A DNA stretch of 64,000 nucleotides from an uncultured delta proteobacterium (lineage in GTDB: Bacteria > Desulfobacterota > Binatia > Binatales > Binataceae), in contig CAWCDG010000002.1 in the NCBI GenBank assembly GCA_963794325.1, positions 480,001-544,000 of the forward strand, written 5' to 3'. Positions 22,952-31,223 of this stretch are shown here, in pieces. How positions within the stretch are numbered: position 1 is the first letter of the stretch; each line of letters starts with the position of its first letter. Made by a program: the position numbers and the translations under genes. Under the pieces are notes generated by a model. The model worked only from the letters and a program-made list of their open reading frames with translations. It made no database searches and was not told the origin of the DNA.

Positions 22952-24055
22952 TTACTGCGGGTGCTTTTCTCGCAGCATCATCGGGAGGGTTACTTTGAAG
23001 GTCATGCCGCCTTCCTTCGAGGCGGTGCCTTTTACCCGATCGACGCCGCCGCGTTGGGCCCATAGGCGACCGCCATGAAGAGCGATGATTCGTTGGCATA
23101 GGACGAGGCCGAGGCCGGTGCCGGCGGGCTTCGTCGTGAAGAATGGGGTGAACAATTGTGAGAGCTGATCCTCGGGGATGCCGACGCCGCTGTCGCTTAC
23201 CTCGACGCGCAGGAACTGGCGGCGACGACCTTCCGCGGTCATCCTGAATTCGCGCTCGATTCTTGTGTGCAGGCGGATCGTGCCCGACTCACCGATCGCC
23301 TCCGCCGCGTTCTTGATCAGATTCAGGAAGGTTCGTTCCAAGGCGCCGGCGTCACCGACCACGTCGGGCAGGCTGGGGTCAAAGTCCTGGAGAACCGAGA
23401 CACCCTCGGGCGGCTGCGGGAAAAGACCCGCCATGCGCATCGCCTGATGCAGCACCATGTGGATGTTGACCGGCTCCTGCACGAGGCGCTGCGGGCCGCT
23501 GACCATCAGGACCTGCTCGACCAGCGACGCAATGCGATTGACGCCGTCGAGAATCACGCTGCAATACTGCTGCGCGCGGGGGTCGTCGGGGAACATCCCG
23601 GCCATTAGCTCGGCGGCGCCCTTGATGCCGGTCAGCGGATTCTTGACCTCGTGGGCGAGGCCGGCTGGCGACAGCCGCAGGCTGAGGTCGCCAGTGACGG
23701 CAGCTTCGGCGGCTCCTTTCTCGTGCGCCAGGTCGTGAAGCAGGATGATGACGCCGCCGGGGCGTCCCTCGGCGTTCAGCAGAGGCGAGACCTCGACGCG
23801 AACTGCCAGCTCGCGCGGGCCGGTCGCCAAGACCGTCTCCATGTCGCCAAGGTCCTGACCGCTCTCGAGGCATGTGCCGACCATCCGGCCGAGCCAATCG
23901 TTCTGACGGACGAGGTCGGCCACCGTCGCGGCATTCACGGGAGAAACCCCGAGCATCGTCTCAGCCGCGGGATTGACCACCTGAGGCTCCATCGCGGGCG
24001 AAAGTACTAGGATGCCGTCGGTTAGGCTGTCGATAATGTCGTGCCAGAGATTCAA
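22952..24055 (-). CDS. ntrB: PAS histidine kinase (NtrB-like)
   Basis: PAS domain, LAHEVKNPLTGIKGAA, FDPSLP, PFFTTKPAGTGLGL. Confidence 0.85.
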   Translation of the reverse strand: MNLWHDIIDSLTDGILVLSPAMEPQVVNPAAETMLGVSPVNAATVADLVRQNDWLGRMVGTCLESGQDLGDMETVLATGPRELAVRVEVSPLLNAEGRPGGVIILLHDLAHEKGAAEAAVTGDLSLRLSPAGLAHEVKNPLTGIKGAAELMAGMFPDDPRAQQYCSVILDGVNRIASLVEQVLMVSGPQRLVQEPVNIHMVLHQAMRMAGLFPQPPEGVSVLQDFDPSLPDVVGDAGALERTFLNLIKNAAEAIGESGTIRLHTRIEREFRMTAEGRRRQFLRVEVSDSGVGIPEDQLSQLFTPFFTTKPAGTGLGLVLCQRIIALHGGRLWAQRGGVDRVKGTASKEGGMTFKVTLPMMLREKHPQ

Positions 24056-24302
24056 TGTTTGTTCGCCGGTCAGGCGCGTTGCGATCGGTACGATTTACCA
24101 ACCGTAACACAAAGAATGAGGAACGGTTAAACGTAGCGGCCGCGAATATTGAGCCGTCCAACTCCAAGATTTGTGAGTATTTGCAAGCACTAACTAAGAA
24201 TGTGATTTTTTAACATTAGACTTTTTAATGGGTTATCCACCCCAAATTGGTTGATCCCGGTCGCCTCGGTCGGTACGGTTGAAAACAGTTTCTCGGGGGA
24301 GA

Positions 24303-25286
24303 ATGCATACGACCAAGCTTATCTATCGAGTGCTCATTTCGCTGCTGGCGGTCCTAATTGTCGCCGGATGGGCGTCCACTCGAGCATTTGCCGAAGATTT
24401 TGAAGAGCCCGGGACTCCGTCGGGCCCATCGTCGGCCAGCCTGAGCGGGCCAACAGCTGGATTTGATTTGGAGACGCCTGCGGAAGCCGGCGCCCAACCA
24501 ATCTCGACATCGTATGTGCTGCCCCTTCCTCAACCGGTTCCCCCGTTCCCAATTCTGCTTAATCGGTCAGTTCGTCACTACGTTTCTGATTTCATGAATT
24601 CTCCGTATCATCTGCAAGATACGTTCGACCGGAGCCATCCATACTTGCAGGATATGGTACGCGTCCTTCGAAGTTACGGGCTGCCCGACGACCTGGTTTA
24701 CCTGGCTTTCGCCGAAAGCGAATTTTCGAAGATCGGTCAGGGGCCTTGGCAGTTCACCAGCGAAACGGCCAAGCGTTTCGGGCTGCGAATCGACAACTAT
24801 GTTGATGAGCGGCGCGACCCCGTGCTCTCCACCAAGGCGGCCGCCGAATATCTGGCGACGCTGCATGACGAAGCCGGCGATGACTGGCCCGTTACGCTGA
24901 TCGCATGGAACACCGGCGATAGTGCAATCAATCGTTACTGGTCGCTGCGTGGCCGCAACATGGAACATTTTGGCAGCCGGCTGCCGCGACGAACCCGTGG
25001 GTTGATGGGACGTTTCATGGCAGTCGCGTACATCGCGCATCACGCGAACAGCTACGGAATCACGCCTGTCAAACTCGACGATCCGCCGGCATACCAGATG
25101 CTGCCGGTCACTGGCGGCACTCCGCTCAGCCGAGTGGCGCTCGATCACGGGACGACGCTCCAGCATCTGCGCGAGTTGAACCCGGCACTGCTGCGCGACG
25201 TCGTCCCCCCGGATCAGGCTTCGTACAGCGTCCGCATTCCTTTGTCGTCGGATATCCACGCCAGCAGAGAGCGCGTCGTCTTTTAG
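24303..25286 (+). CDS. Lytic transglycosylase (MltD-like SLT plus LysM-like)
   Basis: LAFAES, GPWQF, DERRDPVLSTKAAAEYL, LRELNP. Confidence 0.85.
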   Translation: MHTTKLIYRVLISLLAVLIVAGWASTRAFAEDFEEPGTPSGPSSASLSGPTAGFDLETPAEAGAQPISTSYVLPLPQPVPPFPILLNRSVRHYVSDFMNSPYHLQDTFDRSHPYLQDMVRVLRSYGLPDDLVYLAFAESEFSKIGQGPWQFTSETAKRFGLRIDNYVDERRDPVLSTKAAAEYLATLHDEAGDDWPVTLIAWNTGDSAINRYWSLRGRNMEHFGSRLPRRTRGLMGRFMAVAYIAHHANSYGITPVKLDDPPAYQMLPVTGGTPLSRVALDHGTTLQHLRELNPALLRDVVPPDQASYSVRIPLSSDIHASRERVVF

Positions 25287-25446
25287 GGCTCTTTTCAGTC
25301 TCCTTTAGCTACCCTGCCCGGATCGGCAATGGCCGGTCATACCTGCACGGTAGCAGTCACCACGAAGCACGCCACGGCGAGGCCACTGACGAGTGACGAC
25401 GTCACAGGTTCAATCGCGACCGGAAGCCGCGTATCATCGTGTCCGC

Positions 25447-26706
25447 ATGATTAGCGCGGACCAGGCACTGCAAATCGTTCTCGAAAATGTGGCGCCGCTC
25501 GGCGTCGAGCGGATTGCGATTCTCGAAGCGCTCGGGCGGGTGATCGCCGAGAATATCAATTCGTCACGCAATATCCCGGGCTTCGACAACTCCGCGATGG
25601 ACGGTTACGCGGTGCGCGCCGCCGACGTCGCCAAGGCGTCGGAGGGGAATCCGGTCAAGCTTGCGGTCGTCGAGACGGTGGGCGCAGGCCAGATGCCGAC
25701 AGGTCGCATCGCGGCGGGCCAGACGATTCGCACGATGACCGGCGCGCCAATCGCGGAAGGCGCAGACGCGATCATTCCGGTAGAGCGGACCCGCGGTATT
25801 GGCGATCAGGTTGAGTTTCTCGCCGCCGCGGAGAAGGGCGCGTTCATCCGGCCGCGCGGCGAGGATTTGCGGCTTGGCGAACCCGTCATCTCGGCGGGCA
25901 AACTACTGACGCCGGCCGATCTTGGAATGATCGCGTCGGTGAATCGCGCGATGGTCGAAGTGATTCGCCGGCCGCGCGTCGCGATCGTTGCGACCGGCGA
26001 CGAGCTGGTGGACGTCGATCAGCCGCCGGTGGGCGCGCAAGTCGTCAATTCCAGTGCGTATGCGCTCTCCGCAGCGATTCGCGAGGCGGGCGCCGAAGCC
26101 GTGATTCTTAAGGTGGCGCGCGATGATGCGCGCGAGATTCGCGAGCGCCTCAGTGAGGCGATGACCTTCGACGCGGTGCTGTCGACCGGTGGCGTGTCGG
26201 TGGGCCAGTTCGATCACGTCAAGGGAGCTCTCGACGAACTCGGGATGCGCCAGTTGTTTCACGGCGTCGCGCAGAAGCCCGGGCGTCCGCTGAAATTCGG
26301 CACCGTCGGCTACCGTCCGATCTTCGGCTTGCCGGGGAATCCGGTTTCGACGCTGGTCTGCTTCTATCTGTACGCGCGGCCCGCGCTGCTGAAGATGAGT
26401 GGCAGGCGGCGCCTCGGTCTGCCGCGCGTTAATGCGCGATGCGCTGTCGATATCAAAACTTCGAAAGACCTGACCGAGTTCGTGCGGGTCAAACTCGAAA
26501 GTGATAGAGACGGCTACCAGGCCACTCCCACCGGCAGTCAGGGATCGGGGATTCTAAGCTCGCTCTCGCGTGCCGACGGCCTGTTGATCGGTCCGTCAAC
26601 CGAAACGATTTTGAAGGCTGGCGCTCAGGCTACCGTGCTGCTCTTGGGAGTGGACGGTGATGCGGCGGAGGATACGCTGTTCGAGGGTCGTACCCAGAGC
26701 CAGTGA
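25447..26706 (+). CDS. moeA: Molybdopterin molybdotransferase
   Basis: FDNSAMDGYA, TGDEL, STGGVSVG, LPGNPVS. Confidence 0.95.
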   Translation: MISADQALQIVLENVAPLGVERIAILEALGRVIAENINSSRNIPGFDNSAMDGYAVRAADVAKASEGNPVKLAVVETVGAGQMPTGRIAAGQTIRTMTGAPIAEGADAIIPVERTRGIGDQVEFLAAAEKGAFIRPRGEDLRLGEPVISAGKLLTPADLGMIASVNRAMVEVIRRPRVAIVATGDELVDVDQPPVGAQVVNSSAYALSAAIREAGAEAVILKVARDDAREIRERLSEAMTFDAVLSTGGVSVGQFDHVKGALDELGMRQLFHGVAQKPGRPLKFGTVGYRPIFGLPGNPVSTLVCFYLYARPALLKMSGRRRLGLPRVNARCAVDIKTSKDLTEFVRVKLESDRDGYQATPTGSQGSGILSSLSRADGLLIGPSTETILKAGAQATVLLLGVDGDAAEDTLFEGRTQSQ

Positions 26707-26906
26707 ATCACGATGGTTGCGACTGAGCCGAAGATCGCGGCGGCGATTATCACCGCAGACAGCCTGAGCTGAAGTTTCAGGATGTTAAACGGCAGCAGGT
26801 AGAACGTCACCATGTCGATCTGGAAGTTCGCGTAAATAATGTATGCCACCCATATGACCACTAGCGTGCCGATGATCACTTTCGGGTTCTTGGCAAATGC
26901 GGGCAT
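26625..26906 (-). CDS. Small two-TM protein (LapA-like)
   Basis: Two hydrophobic helices with YAN...V.F; 3' end overlaps moeA. Confidence 0.55.
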   Translation of the reverse strand: MPAFAKNPKVIIGTLVVIWVAYIIYANFQIDMVTFYLLPFNILKLQLRLSAVIIAAAIFGSVATIVIHWLWVRPSNSVSSAASPSTPKSSTVA

Positions 26907-26993
26907 CGCGGGCGATCCTCCTGAAGGGGCGATGAGCAAAAGCTTGGCTACTGAGATAGCGGTTGTCAACGCAGCCGGGCGCAGCGCAAACAC

Positions 26994-27126
26994 TAGTGGG
27001 GCGGGCCGCCGTGCCCGCCATCGACGCGCGGGCGTCCGCGCCCACGCCTACCGAGGAATGGCTCACCTATTATCGCTGGCTGTGGCCGCGACCGTGCTGA
27101 GAGGGCGGGCACCGCGGCCCGCCCCC
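26994..27126. repeat. REP/REPIN-like element, copy A
   Basis: AGTGGGGCGGGCCGCCGTGCCCGCC... unit (reverse complement of copies B and C) plus degenerate inverted half at 27103-27126. Confidence 0.85.
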
Positions 27127-27149
27127 CTGAGAGCGCGAGAGATGGAGCG

Positions 27150-27635
27150 ATGGCGATGCATTTTCGCATAGGCAACGGATTCGATTTCCATCCGCTCGAA
27201 GCGGGCCGCAGGCTGGTGCTGGGCGGCGTCGAAATCAAGCACGGGATGGGGCTTCGCGGGCATTCGGATGCCGACGTCGCGGCGCATGCGCTGGCCAACG
27301 CGATTCTCGGCGCGATCGGCGCAGGCGACCTTGGCCGGCATTTTTCCGACAACGATCCGAAATACAAAAACGCTGACTCGATCGTGCTACTAGCGGACGT
27401 ATGGAAACTCGCCAGCGGTCAAGGATGGCGCCTGGGCAACGTCGACCTGACAATCTTCGCCGAGGAACCCCGCCTGAAGCCGTACCTCGACGGAATGCGC
27501 GAGCGGCTCGCTGGTGCGCTCGGTGCAGATCAATCGCGCGTCAACGTGAAAGCCTCAAGCCCTGAAGGTCTGGGTGCACTGGGCCGCAGCGAAGGCATGG
27601 CAGCCGCGGCGATCGTGATGTTGGAAGCTGACTAG
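27150..27635 (+). CDS. ispF: 2-C-methyl-D-erythritol 2,4-cyclodiphosphate synthase
   Basis: RIGNGFDFH, GHSDADV, GDLGRHF, VNVKA. Confidence 0.95.
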   Translation: MAMHFRIGNGFDFHPLEAGRRLVLGGVEIKHGMGLRGHSDADVAAHALANAILGAIGAGDLGRHFSDNDPKYKNADSIVLLADVWKLASGQGWRLGNVDLTIFAEEPRLKPYLDGMRERLAGALGADQSRVNVKASSPEGLGALGRSEGMAAAAIVMLEAD

Positions 27636-27771
27636 GAATCCGATGAAGGAGCGCTGCGCGGTCTCAGAAACCGGAACCGGCCTGCCACGACACGCTGCAT
27701 CGATCGCGCCGTTTACGGCGTCAGCAAGGAAATTGTCAATGCACCCGCGACGATGGGATCGTCCTGGGTTC

Positions 27772-27845
27772 AGTCACTCATCGGTAAGCGTGGGCGCGGA
27801 CGCCCGCGCGTCGATGGCGGGCACGGCGGCCCGCCCCACTATAAA
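27772..27845. repeat. REP/REPIN-like element, copy B
   Basis: AGTCACTCATCGGTAAGCGTGGGCGCGGACGCCCGCGCGTCGATGGCGGGCACGGCGGCCCGCCCCACTATAAA. Confidence 0.9.
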
Positions 27846-28018
27846 CGACGCCCGCGACTTAAACGCACATTAATCTGCTCTTTGGCGTGGCTATTTTGGG
27901 GTTCGCCTTGCTTGAAACAGGCATTGCAAAAATTGCCGATTTCTCTGTTCACAATGGCTTTGGGACTGGCGATCGCTAAGAGCGACCGATTTTCAAGGAG
28001 TTTTTTCGCACCGCGTCA

Positions 28019-28035
28019 TTGGCATCTTTGATGCT
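28019..28035 (+). promoter_or_regulatory. Candidate sigma54 -24/-12 promoter
   Basis: TTGGCATCTTTGATGCT, GG-N10-GC, upstream of ATG28064. Confidence 0.6.
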
Positions 28036-28063
28036 CTACCTTCCGGGTAGAGGTGCTCTGACA

Positions 28064-28789
28064 ATGAAATTAAATCGAAGTCTAATGACGGGGTTGGTTG
28101 GGCTTGCGTTGATTGCGGTGCCGATAACCGCCGCGGCCAAGGATAATGACCGGGGCGCGAACGAATCGCATCAGGCGCAGGCGCAATCGCATTCAAATGA
28201 TTCGCATCCGGATGCGCATCATGCGGAACAGGCGAATCACAATAACGGCGGTGACCATCATGAGGCCCCCCAACAGCATCAGGCACGCGAGGGCGGCGGT
28301 GGCGGAGGCGGTCAGCATGAGGCGCGCGTCGAGAATCGGAATGCAGCGCCGGCGAATATGAATCGCGAGGCGTCTCGCGGTCATAATGAGGTCCGCGATA
28401 ACGGCCGCAATTACAGCGCGCCGGCAGTCGCGAATCGTGAGTCGCGCGACTATCGCACTGAAAGCGGCCATGACAATGGCGACCGCGATCGAAAGTACAA
28501 CGAGCATGACTGGGAGCGCGGCGACCATGCCTACAGCAACTATGGCCGGGATTACGATCACGATGATTACGATCATGATCGTCAATACGCCGAAGGTGGT
28601 TGGGTGATGCCGTACAGTTACTCGGGTGGCGCGTGCGGATGGGCACGGCATCTGCATAACGTGTATCGCCGGGACATGTACACGGGGCATCCGGCGGCTG
28701 CGTCCGACCTGATCCCGCAATTGCGTCGGGCGGAGCGGAGCTGTGGCGTGGGATTTTACGGGTATAACGACTACCGGTCGTGGTACTAG
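28064..28789 (+). CDS. Secreted low-complexity His/Asp/Arg-rich protein
   Basis: Signal peptide, disordered middle, aromatic C-terminus with a Cys pair. Confidence 0.75.
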   Translation: MKLNRSLMTGLVGLALIAVPITAAAKDNDRGANESHQAQAQSHSNDSHPDAHHAEQANHNNGGDHHEAPQQHQAREGGGGGGGQHEARVENRNAAPANMNREASRGHNEVRDNGRNYSAPAVANRESRDYRTESGHDNGDRDRKYNEHDWERGDHAYSNYGRDYDHDDYDHDRQYAEGGWVMPYSYSGGACGWARHLHNVYRRDMYTGHPAAASDLIPQLRRAERSCGVGFYGYNDYRSWY

Positions 28790-28814
28790 AGAGTTGTTCT
28801 GAGCAGTGAAGTGC

Positions 28815-28848
28815 GCGCGCCCTGCCTCGCGGCAGGGCGCGCTTTTTT
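28815..28848 (+). terminator. Rho-independent terminator
   Basis: GCGCGCCCTGCC-TCGC-GGCAGGGCGCGC-TTTTTT. Confidence 0.9.
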
Positions 28849-28866
28849 AATCGAGGTCTTTCGGAC

Positions 28867-29490
28867 CTAGTTTGGTCGCTTTAAGGTCGGTTCGCGAAGG
28901 TAAAGTTCATCGAGCAGTGCTTGAAAAAAGCCAAGTCCAGCCGCATCCGTCACAGCGGTGCTCACGACACGCTGGCCTGCTGGTTTCCCACTATCGATCC
29001 GGATGAGCCATGAGGCCTCGATCAGGCCCTGATTCAAAAGTGGAGCCCGACGAATCGCTATCTTGCGTAGGTTAGCCTCGAAGTGGTCAATCCACGTGCC
29101 GCCATCGGCCCCTTGACGTGGCCTGTTTTCTTTCTCGTCCATGATGACAACGTAGCCAATGACGATTTCGGGCGAAAGTTGCTGCACGTTCGCAACTTCG
29201 CCCATAAGATCATCAAGGCGATTTGGGACGACGCCAGATAGATTCTTTAATATCGACTTGAGGGAAACCAGGAGGCGAGGCTTACCTGCGAGAACAAATG
29301 CAAGATCCCAATCTTTTTGACGGCCAAGCCCGCGAATACCGACTTCGTCCGCCTTTCCGCCTCTCACACCGATAAGACCGGCACGTTCGAATGATTCAAT
29401 GCAGTACTGTGCTAGAAGATTGAGCCGCCCGGCGTCCTGTTTCTTGCGCTGGAGAAGATCATCAACGGCCTCGGATAGACTGACGGGCAT
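28867..29490 (-). CDS. Type II restriction endonuclease (PaeR7I/XhoI-like PD-(D/E)xK)
   Basis: RQKDWDL...LVSLKS...NRLDDLMGE; coupled to the methyltransferase. Confidence 0.75.
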   Translation of the reverse strand: MPVSLSEAVDDLLQRKKQDAGRLNLLAQYCIESFERAGLIGVRGGKADEVGIRGLGRQKDWDLAFVLAGKPRLLVSLKSILKNLSGVVPNRLDDLMGEVANVQQLSPEIVIGYVVIMDEKENRPRQGADGGTWIDHFEANLRKIAIRRAPLLNQGLIEASWLIRIDSGKPAGQRVVSTAVTDAAGLGFFQALLDELYLREPTLKRPN

Positions 29491-30455
29491 CAAACCAGCA
29501 CGGCCTCTTGGGCACCAAAGAGACGAGAATGATTTGCCTCGCCGAGAATTCGCACACGCGCGAGCTTCAAGTATTCTGGCTCAATCTCATTCCCGATAGA
29601 ATTTCGTCCAGTACGAATAGCGGCAACGGTCGTCGATCCAGTTCCGACGAAAGGATCCAAAATCGTATCGCCTGCAAATGAGAACATGCGGATAAGCCGC
29701 TCTGCCAATTGGACTGGGTATGGTGCCGGATGGCCCTCCCGCGTTGATGCGCCTGCAATCTCTGTCCAAAAAGGTCGAAACCAACTTTTCATCTCGCCCT
29801 TGGTCAGCATTGAAAGTGCCTTCTGTGTCGGAGTCACTGATCGATATTGCCCGCCCTTGCGAAAAAACAAAATGTGTTCAATGTCGTTCTTGATTACCTG
29901 TCCCGGCTGGTAGGGTTTTCCGTAGAATCCGGCGCCGTTGCCTTCCGCTTCCCTCGCACCATTAGCAATTTTGTACCAGAGGATGGGCGTAAGACAATCA
30001 AGGCCAGTGCCGCGCATCCGTACTTGGATGTCGGAGTGGAGCGGCATCACGTAATGGCGTCCTCCTTTTTTTCGTGAAATACACACGTCGCCCACAACGC
30101 AACAGATGCGCCCACCCGGAACGAGGATACGCATGCATTCGCGCCACACTTTGTCGAGTTCATCGAGAAACAGATCGTAGTCTTTGATGAAGCCCATCTG
30201 ATTGGGTGTTCGCCGATATTCCTTGAGCGTCCAATATGGTGGCGAAGTCACTATGAGATGCGCAGAGGAATCGGCGACCCATGACAGATCTCGAGCATCT
30301 CCCAAATGCAGACGATGAACGGTTCGATTGAAGGGACGCGGCCACGGCTTCGCCCGAGAGCGTTCATTGGCGCGCAGAAGCGCACTCAAGCCTTCGGGCG
30401 TATTGTCAGGGGCATTGTTCCCGTTGTGGGCTACCGCTTCTTCCACCGCACCCAT
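29490..30455 (-). CDS. Beta-class N4/N6 DNA methyltransferase
   Basis: TSPPYW catalytic motif before HPAPYP and LDPFVGTGST. Confidence 0.92.
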   Translation of the reverse strand: MGAVEEAVAHNGNNAPDNTPEGLSALLRANERSRAKPWPRPFNRTVHRLHLGDARDLSWVADSSAHLIVTSPPYWTLKEYRRTPNQMGFIKDYDLFLDELDKVWRECMRILVPGGRICCVVGDVCISRKKGGRHYVMPLHSDIQVRMRGTGLDCLTPILWYKIANGAREAEGNGAGFYGKPYQPGQVIKNDIEHILFFRKGGQYRSVTPTQKALSMLTKGEMKSWFRPFWTEIAGASTREGHPAPYPVQLAERLIRMFSFAGDTILDPFVGTGSTTVAAIRTGRNSIGNEIEPEYLKLARVRILGEANHSRLFGAQEAVLV

Positions 30456-30539
30456 CAGAATAGCCTCCCCTGCACCCGACCGTCGAGAACCTTGGCAAAC
30501 TGGCTCGCGATACCGCAAGCGCTTACCTTGGGCGGCGCG

Positions 30540-30960
30540 AACCTCCCGCGCCAATCGTTTGCCACCATCAACTTTGCGCGCATTCCATCAAAAATCAAAC
30601 TCCGCGACGTACCAATGCAGGTGTCTTCGGCTAACGTTGTGGAAAGTTCCATAGATACTACGCTTGAGCAAAGAGAATGCCGACTCCGCGGTGTTGCTAT
30701 GAGCGCTCGGCCATCTCGCGTATTGACCTCTACGGCGAGGTGATTCCGCATCGCGCAAATGGCCTTATGACGAAGCTTTGTGCAAATCCGCGCACTATCC
30801 GTCATCGGGTAGGAGTCGCGGCTTACGTTCTCGACGAAAATCCCCCGGACGCTTACCGCCGTCACGCCAGCCGTCACGAATCACGGGATTTCGCCGCCGC
30901 GCTCAACCAGTGACACAACAGGCATTTTTTTGCCCGCTGTGCGCGGTTCCGATCGCAGCT
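30540..30960. other. Degenerate cryptic element upstream of the R-M pair
   Basis: Broken + strand frames KIKLRDVPMQV...TTLEQRE and ...DFAAALNQ; antisense ORF 30455-30877. Confidence 0.35.
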
Positions 30961-31223
30961 GCCGGATGGCGCAGTTGCCGATTCGTAGACGCCGGTCGCG
31001 CGAAACAGCGTGCGTCGTCCTCGACCCGAGGCAATTTCAGGAAGGAACAAAAAAAGCGAAGATGTGTGCTTTGAGGAACTCCGGGGTGTTTGAGAGCGTA
31101 CCACATCGGGCTATGCTATGCGTGACAAATAGTTAACACGCAGCCTGACGACGCCTTCCGTTTAGTCTTCTCACAGTTGCACCGAGTCGGGAGTCGCACT
31201 TCCAGGCGGGCGAAGGAGAGCGG

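Noticed and set aside
26785-27066. Small ORFs sharing SHSSV.VGADARASMAGTAARPT (also 27643-27873, 54141-54503)
   Set aside because: Translations of the REP element, not a protein family
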